Shown in pieces: positions 24,838 to 33,800 of a stretch of DNA of 64,000 nucleotides. The translations under genes were made by a program, and so were the position numbers. Position 1 is the first letter of the stretch. Every line of letters starts with the position of its first letter. The stretch is from Octopus vulgaris. Taxonomy: Eukaryota. A model generated the notes under the pieces. That model ran no database searches. It was not told the DNA's origin and was given only the letters and a program-made list of their open reading frames with translations. The stretch lies in NCBI GenBank assembly GCA_951406725.2, contig OX597842.1, positions 29,574,001 to 29,638,000 of the forward strand, written 5' to 3'.

Positions 24838-27800
24838 TGTATCACCAATTATTATGACACAATACTGTTTACACTATAACCTTGTAGTAACAATAAAACA
24901 TATTACGGATCAGGGTAACAACAACAATCCATACACAAACCAACAAACAATGAAAACAACACCTTACGACTTCCTGCAATTAACACCTACTCTCTCTGGT
25001 CTCTCACTCAGACTGCTACTATTCATAGTCGTTCAGTCAAGTCTGTTCTTGCATGGGTTCTTGTGACTCTCGCCACAACATGTAATCGAGTCCAGGACTT
25101 ATTCTTTATAAGCCTAGTACTTATTCTGTTGATCCTTTTTGCCAAATCGCTAGCTTACAGGGATGTAAACACACCAGCATCGATTGTTAAGCAATGTTGG
25201 GAGGACAAACACAGACACACAGACACACACATATACGATGGGCTTCTTTCAGTTTTTGTCTACCAAATCCACTCACAAGGCTTTGGCCATCCCGAGATGA
25301 TAGTACAAGACACTTGCTCAAGGTGCTATGCAGTGGGACTGAACCCGGAATCATGTAGTTGGTAAGCAAGCTATTTACCATAGCCACTCCTGTATGTATA
25401 TATATATGTGTAAATATATCTATATATATATATATATGTTTGTGTGTATCTCACTTCCATAACATTCATGTATATGTGTGTGTATGTACAGGAATGTTAA
25501 GGATGTGGACACTAACCAACTCACCTGTTTTATGAACCCCTTATTAATATAGCAACATCATAATTCTTCTTTACTAGTTTTGATCTGCTAATTATATGTT
25601 CACTCTTGTTCTGCTCCCCTAAAATTTACTATAGTGAGAGATAAATATAGATTAGGATGAAACAATCTGTTTAAGACCTCTTAATAGATTAATCATGTCC
25701 CTTACACATATCCCATGTACATTTTCAATTTCTATTTTTACTTCCACAAAGGATTCAGTGAAACTGGATATTGGGAATCATATGAAAATAACACCATTGA
25801 TGGAAGCCGTGTCCAGGGCCCACCTCGGAATAATCCATAAACTTATTATACATGGTGCAAACATAAATGCTGTCGACAATGATGGCAATAATTGTTTGCA
25901 CCTCTCAATAATAAAGAAAGAGATGTTCCATTCTGAGGTGGAACCCATTCCCATTTTAGATGAGGTAAGTTTTTAAAATTGTTTGTGAATATGTGTGTGT
26001 GGTTGGCATTAGGAAGGGCATGCAACCGCAGAGACTATGCCAAAACTGGCAATTGGTGCCTGAGCAGCTCTGCAGCTGCCCAGCTTCTGCCAAACTATCC
26101 AACCCATGCCAGCATAGAAAACGAATGTAAAATGATGATGAGGAGGATGTGTGTATGTGTGAGTGAGAGAAAGAGAGAAACAGGCAGACATTGTTTGCTA
26201 TTTTCTTTCACTCCCATCCACTTCTCTTCCTTTAGTATTAAATAATTCAGTTTCTCCTGATAGCACTAGTTGTATTATGTAACTAACAATATTCCATCTT
26301 CTTTCACCTTCAAAAGCATGGCCACTCCACTGTAAAGAAGGTAACCCGTCTTAATTATGTGTCATGTAAACACTGCCATCACTGTATGAAGGAGAGGTGA
26401 CCAACGACAGAGATAAGTCTTTAAATTTAAGAAAGAGAAATTCACAAACTGTTTTAAATATCGAACTTGAAGTTAAACGAGTTGAACTGTGTTAATTGCT
26501 AGAAAGCATATTTCATTATTCTTTTTCAAAGAAAGGAAAAGGAAAATAAATTCGTTTTAAGGACAATTAAATTTAAAGAAAATATATTCATGGACTTCGA
26601 AGAAAGTTTCTTTTATCAGTATGATAATGAATATATAACTGAGATTATTCAAAGTTGATAATTAGGGTTCCAAATATTGCCAGAGCTTGGACTTTATGTC
26701 TATATTGACTACAGTAATACCCCTTGCAATGATTGTAATGAAGGGAGATGTGATGAGAATGAATTTACATTAAGATGTGTGCACAAAATTGTAATGCCAC
26801 GAGATTGTATGTATGACGATGTAACTAGACAGATAGTCATAGAGGCCCTTTGTTACCAACAAAGATAGAAGCTCTCTGAACTTTGCCCTGCTTAATCTTA
26901 TTCTAGCAACTATGCTCTTGGCGCATCCACCTCCACTACTGACTTGATTACCTAGATAACAGTAGCTATCAACTACTTCTAGGTGCATATATATATATGT
27001 GTGGGGGTGCGTGTGTTTGTTTGTTTGTTTGAAAGACCTCAGCATCTATCCACTGCTAGATCTGATGGTGTTTATTGTCTGTTGTTGCAGAATTTAAGCA
27101 ACTCTTTGATTCCCAAATATGTAACGGTCACTACAGATGTGTGACTGTATTTCAGACAGTTGATGGTCACCTATGTATTGTTGTAATGTCTTCTTTGGTG
27201 AGAAGAAGCTACTCGAGAAGTCAACGACCCATTATTATAGGTATTGTCTATGAGACTAACAGTTTCAACAATTTCTTGACTATAATGTGTTGGTGTGTTG
27301 CCTCAACCACCACACCAATCTTTACTTCACTTCATCAGCCAAAAATGTTTCTTTATAAATTTTGGAAACATTATTGATATGCTTGGATATGTCTGTCTGG
27401 TGTTGGTTTTGTTGCTGTGTCTGAAGAAATTATTATGTTCTTGGTGTTCTCTGTTCATCGTTTGTTGTTATGGAAATGAGTTGCACTTTGTGACCAGTGA
27501 AACGTTTCCCAATCAATATTTGGATTATCGAAATTACCAGTAGGAAAATATGGGTGACTGCTTTCATAGATGCAGATCTGAAGATGTCAAAAATCTGAGT
27601 TTTGATGGCAGTTTTGCAGATGGTAAACAAATTCAAGTAGGAGTATATATGTTGTTAAAAAAATACTTCTTGTTGCGACCAGTTAAAATCTCCACAAGGA
27701 ATTACAGAAAATCTTGAGTGACCATAGACCATCAGACGACCCCCATGGTAATTAGAATGGCCTTTGTGTAACAAAATGTAGCTTGCCATTGTTTGTTGTT

Positions 27801-30800
27801 ATGTTGTTGTGTTATATTTATATATACAATACTCTTCCATAAGTATTTCTTTTGTTATGGCCAGTTGGCTTTATCAAGCCTGTTGTAAAGATAGGTTCTT
27901 GTTGGTTTGTTGCGTTCTGTTATTTGTGATACTTATTCCATTATATTTCCTACATTTGACATGATTTGTTTATCTACAATATATATTTGTGTAATATTCT
28001 ACTGATCGTTTTATATTTCATCATTTGCAGTGCTGCAGAGAGCTCCAACTGGACATGGATAGGAGGCTCTCTGGAATAGTAGTTTTGAGTTACCTTGCCA
28101 GCCAAGGAGCCAGCTTATACCATCATAATAATAAGAAAGTGACTCCATTGGACTACATAGAAAATCAACATTTGAAAGAAAAATTAAAAACATTTTTACA
28201 ATCACTGTAAGTATTCACTGGCAACGACAAGATAAACCAGGACATTTTCTCTTTTGTATATAATCATGTTTATATGTTTATTTAGTTTGAATTCTCCCAA
28301 TGTATTATTCCGTCATTAGTGTCTTGACTCAAGACAACAATAATGATTTCCAATTCTGGCACAAGGCCAGCAAGGTCAGGGAGGGGATAAGTCAATTACA
28401 ACAGCCCCAGTTTTCAACTGGTACTTATTTTATCAACAGCAAGGTAGAGTCAACCACAGCTGAATTTGAACTCAGCATGTAAAAGCAGACGAAATGCCAG
28501 AAAGCATTTTGCTCCGTGTGCTAATGATTCTGCCAGCTTGCAGCCTTAAGACCACACAACAATAATAAGAACAATAAACAGAAAATACAGTTGTTAGTGG
28601 ATCAAACGAAAAACACGATTTTGATGACATTCACATGATTGCTTGTGTTGACAGATATACCTCACCATCCACCCCTGACTATTTTAGAGTTTGGTGACCT
28701 CCATGAAAATGTAGTACTAAATAATAAAGTGAATGAACACATTTTGAAATTGCTATTTAGAAGTAAATAGGATTTATCTGTCTACCAACAATTTTTTTCT
28801 CTCTCTCTTCTCTGACTCAATCAGTTGTCATGTACGCTTTCATGTGAAAATAACCTAAAACACACACTAACAATGTGTATGTCATCATCATCATCATCAT
28901 CATCATTTAACGTCTGTTGTCCATACTGGCATGGATTGGACTGTTTGACTGGGATGGCATGTTGGAAGGTTGCACCTTAGTCAGCCTTTGATATTTTCAG
29001 CCCACCCTTGTATGTGTATGTTAATGTATACACACAAATCTGCTTGTATGTAATTGTTTACAGAAGAATTTACGATGTACTCTTGCTGGTTACTGTTGTG
29101 CCCCTTAATATTCTGTACTCTAAACATGTCCACAACGAAATATTTTATTATAAATGAATGTTAATGATGGGATGTGTTAATATTTTGTTCCACAGGTGTT
29201 GGTTTTGTCAAGAGAAAAAGGCTACTGTCACACTCCATCCATGTCAACATACTGTTATTTGTCAGAATTGCTGTTCTCAAATGACATTTAAGCAATGCCC
29301 CATATGTCGACAACACATACTCCGGAAAAGTGGATTTGGTAAGAACATTCTTTCTTGATCTGTCTGTTGTCTCATTAACTTTCTGGTATGGAATAATGCA
29401 TTTCATATTGTAGTGGAGACATGCAACTCCTTGTTTGTAACTATATATTATTAACACTTGTTATAATGTTTGCCATCCTTTTAGACATTTTATACTCACA
29501 CTCGTTAGTTTTTAGATGTGATTAATGCTAAAAGAGACATTGTTTTCTGACTCTTTCACCTTTTGGCTTTACTTTTGAGTTGATTCGTTTTAATTCAAAC
29601 ATGAAGCCTGGTCATTGCTCCAAGGTGGTATCAGAAAGTTCACGGACTAGTTCTGTAGCATGCCAACAGATGGCAGCACACCGTTGCGTGCACAGTGAGA
29701 GCTAGCAATGACTTTCATGAGGCGGTGTACTGGGTGACACCACTGCGTTTACTTCAAAAGTTGTGAAATTTGTGCTTTTGTGGTCATTTGTAGGCTGTAG
29801 TCTGCAATTTTCTAATGGGCAGGAACAAATAACCAATGTGAAATTTTGCGTTAAACTTGTCCAGCAAAGACATAAGAAAGAAACAACAAAACTAAGAGAA
29901 AAAGAGTGTTATGAAGTGATAACTAAGTGAGAGAATTTCAGAATTGTTAGATTAGTATATAGGATGTCTTAAGAGAAAGATGAGATTTAGAAAGGTTTGC
30001 CTATTTTGTTGTGGTTCTAAATATTGAACTATTATATAGTAACAGCTTAGAAAGTGTTGACCGAAAGCATAGTGGTCACCAATTGACTATTGATGATATG
30101 AATGCCTTACAAAAATGGAATATAGATTATTAAAAGAGACAAAGAAATTTTACTATGAAGTATAAAACTTTGAAATGCTTATTTCAGTGTGTCCAAAGTT
30201 TGAAGAGAAAGCAGTCCAGGCGGTTGTAGAGTCTGTTGGTAAGTATAAAATAACTGTAATTGATTTCTATAAATTTTACCTTCACCTGAAATATATTATT
30301 TGTGTGAATGACTGTGAACAGGTTCCATTCTTAATTTCCAATTCTTATTTCAGTGTGTCCAAAGTCTGAAGAGAAAGCAGTCCAGGCAGTTGTAGAGTCT
30401 GTTGGTAAGTATAAAATAACTGTAATTGATTTCTATAAATTTTACCTTCACCTGAAATTTATTATTTGTGTGAATGACTGAGAACAGGTTCCATTCTTAA
30501 TTTCCAATTCTTATTTCAGTGTGTCCAAAGTCTGAAGAGAAAGCGGTCCAGACGGTTGCAGAATCTTTTGGTGAGTATAAAATAACTGTTACTGATTTCT
30601 ATAAATTTTACCTTCACCTGAAATATATTATTTGTGTGAATGACTGAGAACAGGTTCCATTCTTAATTTCCAATTCTTATTTCAGTGTGTCCAAAGTCTG
30701 AAGAGAAAGCGGTCCAGACGGTTGCAGAATCTTTTGGTGAGTATAAAATAACTGTTACTGATTTCTATAAATTTTACCTTCACCTGAAATATATTATTTG

Positions 30801-33800
30801 TGTGAATGACTGAGAACAGGTTCCATTCTTAATTTCCAATTCTTATTTCAGTGTGTCCAAAGTCTGAAGAGAAAGCGGTCCAGACGGTTGCAGAATCTTT
30901 TGGTGAGTATAAAATAACTGTTACTGATTTCTATAAATTTTACCTTCACCTGAAAGATATTATTTGTGTGAATGACTGAGAACAGGTTCCATTCTTAATT
31001 TCCAATTCTTATTTCAGTGTGTCCAAAGTCTGAAGAGAAAGCGGTCCAGACGGTTGCAGAATCTTTTGGTGAGTATAAAATAACTGTAACTGATTTCTAT
31101 AAATTTTACCTTCACCTGAAATATATTATTTGTGTGAATGACTGAGAACAAGTTCCATTCTTACATTTCTTTCAAATGGATAGCGATAAAAGTAATTCTA
31201 TTCACTACCTACAAATGCAAGAATATACAATAAAGGGATTTTTATCGAAATATGGAATCATGAGACATAGGAAAAAGGTCCCTCACGATAAGGAAAATAT
31301 AGAAAAAAAGATAAAATATAAATCCTGCAGCGATTCTCTCCCCATAATGAGACACATTCACTTTTCTCTCATCTCATTGTTTTCTATATCACCACCTTGA
31401 TTATATATTCTTGAATATCATTTCTTATATACCATTTCAGATATTTTTCCTTTGCAACAATTGGTGTATGAACATTTGTGTTTCATTTAAGATGTTTTGT
31501 GCAAGTATACAGTTTTAGGATACTTGTTATCACTTTCTGTTTTACCTGTGTAGAACTAATCATTGCTCATCAGGAAAGGAAACTATTTCATTAAGGAGTC
31601 TTTAGATATTTCCTGAATCAGATGAAATTCTGGTGAACTGTGAGTTGCATAGTTTAAAATTAAAGATTAAAAGCAGCAACGTTTGACAAAGATAACAGGT
31701 GTGACATGAGTTTGTGTCAAGGTCGTTGATGACCAGCTTGGTTGACATCAGAATTAAGCAAAAGAAGAGGGGAATGTTGATTAGTGAAGTCCAGTGGTGA
31801 GGGGACAATGCCATGTCATTGGTTTAGCATGGATATAAGAGAGAAGAAAGATAAAAGGTGTTAACATGTGATCATTAAATAAGATGATTGCAACATTGTT
31901 AGATTAAGTAGGCTGTCTTAATAGAAAAAGGAGGCTTAGGAAGGTCAGTCTATTTTATTATGGGCCTAAATATTGAGCCATTATATAGGACCACGGTAGA
32001 AAGTATAAAACTATCAACCAAACCTTTAGTGGTCAGCAGTTGTCCATTGATGATAGGAATGTCTTACAATAATAAAATATAAACCATTAACAGAGATCGG
32101 GAAATTGTGCTATGAAGTGTAAAATTTGGAAATATTTATTTCAGATTCTGTAATGGTAGAGGAGAAGCATCTTCATTGGGTGTCCAGAAGCTTGGCAGGT
32201 AAATGGCAGGAACTTGGTGAGTATAAAATACCCAATTAATTTCTATAAATTTTGCTTTCAGCTAAGCTTTTGTTTGTTTGAATGACTGAGAACCGGTTCC
32301 ATTCCTAATTTCCAATTGAAAGTTTAGCTATAAAGTAAAGCTATCACTGAAATTTCATAAAATATCTACGGACGTCAGCACGGTTGTAAAATGAATAAAT
32401 TAGAAGGTCCAGTAGAGTTAATACTATCGTTTGTAAAAGGGGACTCGAAAATATTGTCATTTAAGAGTAAACAGGTGAATTAATGACAATGTTTTTGCTT
32501 GTTTACACTTTTAGTAATTTTACTGGTAGGTTGAGGCAGATATCTCCCTTAATCTGGCAGAATTAAGGGGAAAGGGTTCCAGATGTGCCATCATGTTTTC
32601 TCTTGGGTGAAGAGGACCACATTATCAAGTGTAACCTTTTTAAAATGAGAGTGTGCATTGTGTGGGACATGTTGTCATCTCTCCCCTGGCCAGTCTGTTT
32701 TTCTATATTTATTGTAATTCTTTAGTCCCAGGTCAACATATATTTCCTGTCTCTATAGAAGACAGGCCCCATTGTCGATTGTGTTCATGGCTGGATTGAA
32801 CTCAGCATTGTAAGTTAATGAAACACTCATTTATATTAGAAAAAAAGAATCTCAACAGAAAATTCAAACTCAACTCAATTTTGTTCTCAATTGAAATCAT
32901 TTCACTCTCCTTTACATTACAAATGTCACATGGAAAGGCATGAACATCACAATATCCCATTTCCCCTTGTCTGACAGTTTAACAACATAAAATATCATTT
33001 ATACTATTATTTACAGCAATGCCCCTCTTATTTACAGCAATGTCTTCTACCTCCCTATGGTACCTATATACATCTAGATAGACTGCAGCATAGAGAAATG
33101 TCTTTACAAGTACTTTTGAGCTATACTGGGGACTAGACTTGACTCAAGAGATCATGATAATATCCCCTGAGTCAGCTGATATAAATCATCATCATCATCA
33201 TTTGACATCCATTTTCCATGCTGGTATGAGTTGGATGGTTTGACTGAAGTCTGGAGAGCCAATGGCTGCACCAGGCTCCAATCTGATCTGGCAGTGTTTC
33301 TACAGCTGGATGCCCTTCTTAGTGCCAAACGCTCCGAGTGAGTAGTGGGTGCTTTTTATGTGCCGCCAGCATGGAAGTCAGTCAGGTGGTCCTGGCATCA
33401 GTCATGTTTGGATGGTCCTTTTTACGTGCCACCAGCACATGGAGTCAGTCAGATCACACTGGCATTCACCACATTCAGATGATGGCTTTCATGTGCCACC
33501 AGAACGGGGGCTAGTCAGGGGGCACTGGCCACAGCTGCAATTTTGGTTTTACTTGACTCAACAGGTCTTCTCAAGCATATCATATCACCCAATGCATCGA
33601 GGGTGCTCTTAAATGGGCCGGACATGCAACACTGGCATTGGCCATGGCTACGATCTCATTTTAGTTGCCGGGTTTTCTCAATCACAGCATATTTCTCAAA
33701 TCTTGGTCTCCTGTCATTGCCCCTGTGAGGCCCAATGTTCGAAGGCCATGCTTCATCATCTCATCCCATGTCTTCCTGGATATACCTCTTCCACAGGTTC

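Noticed and set aside
30178-31163. CRISPR-like repeat/spacer appearance
   Set aside because: Whole 166-bp units are repeated with no unique spacers, there are no cas genes, and the context is a eukaryotic exon-intron structure
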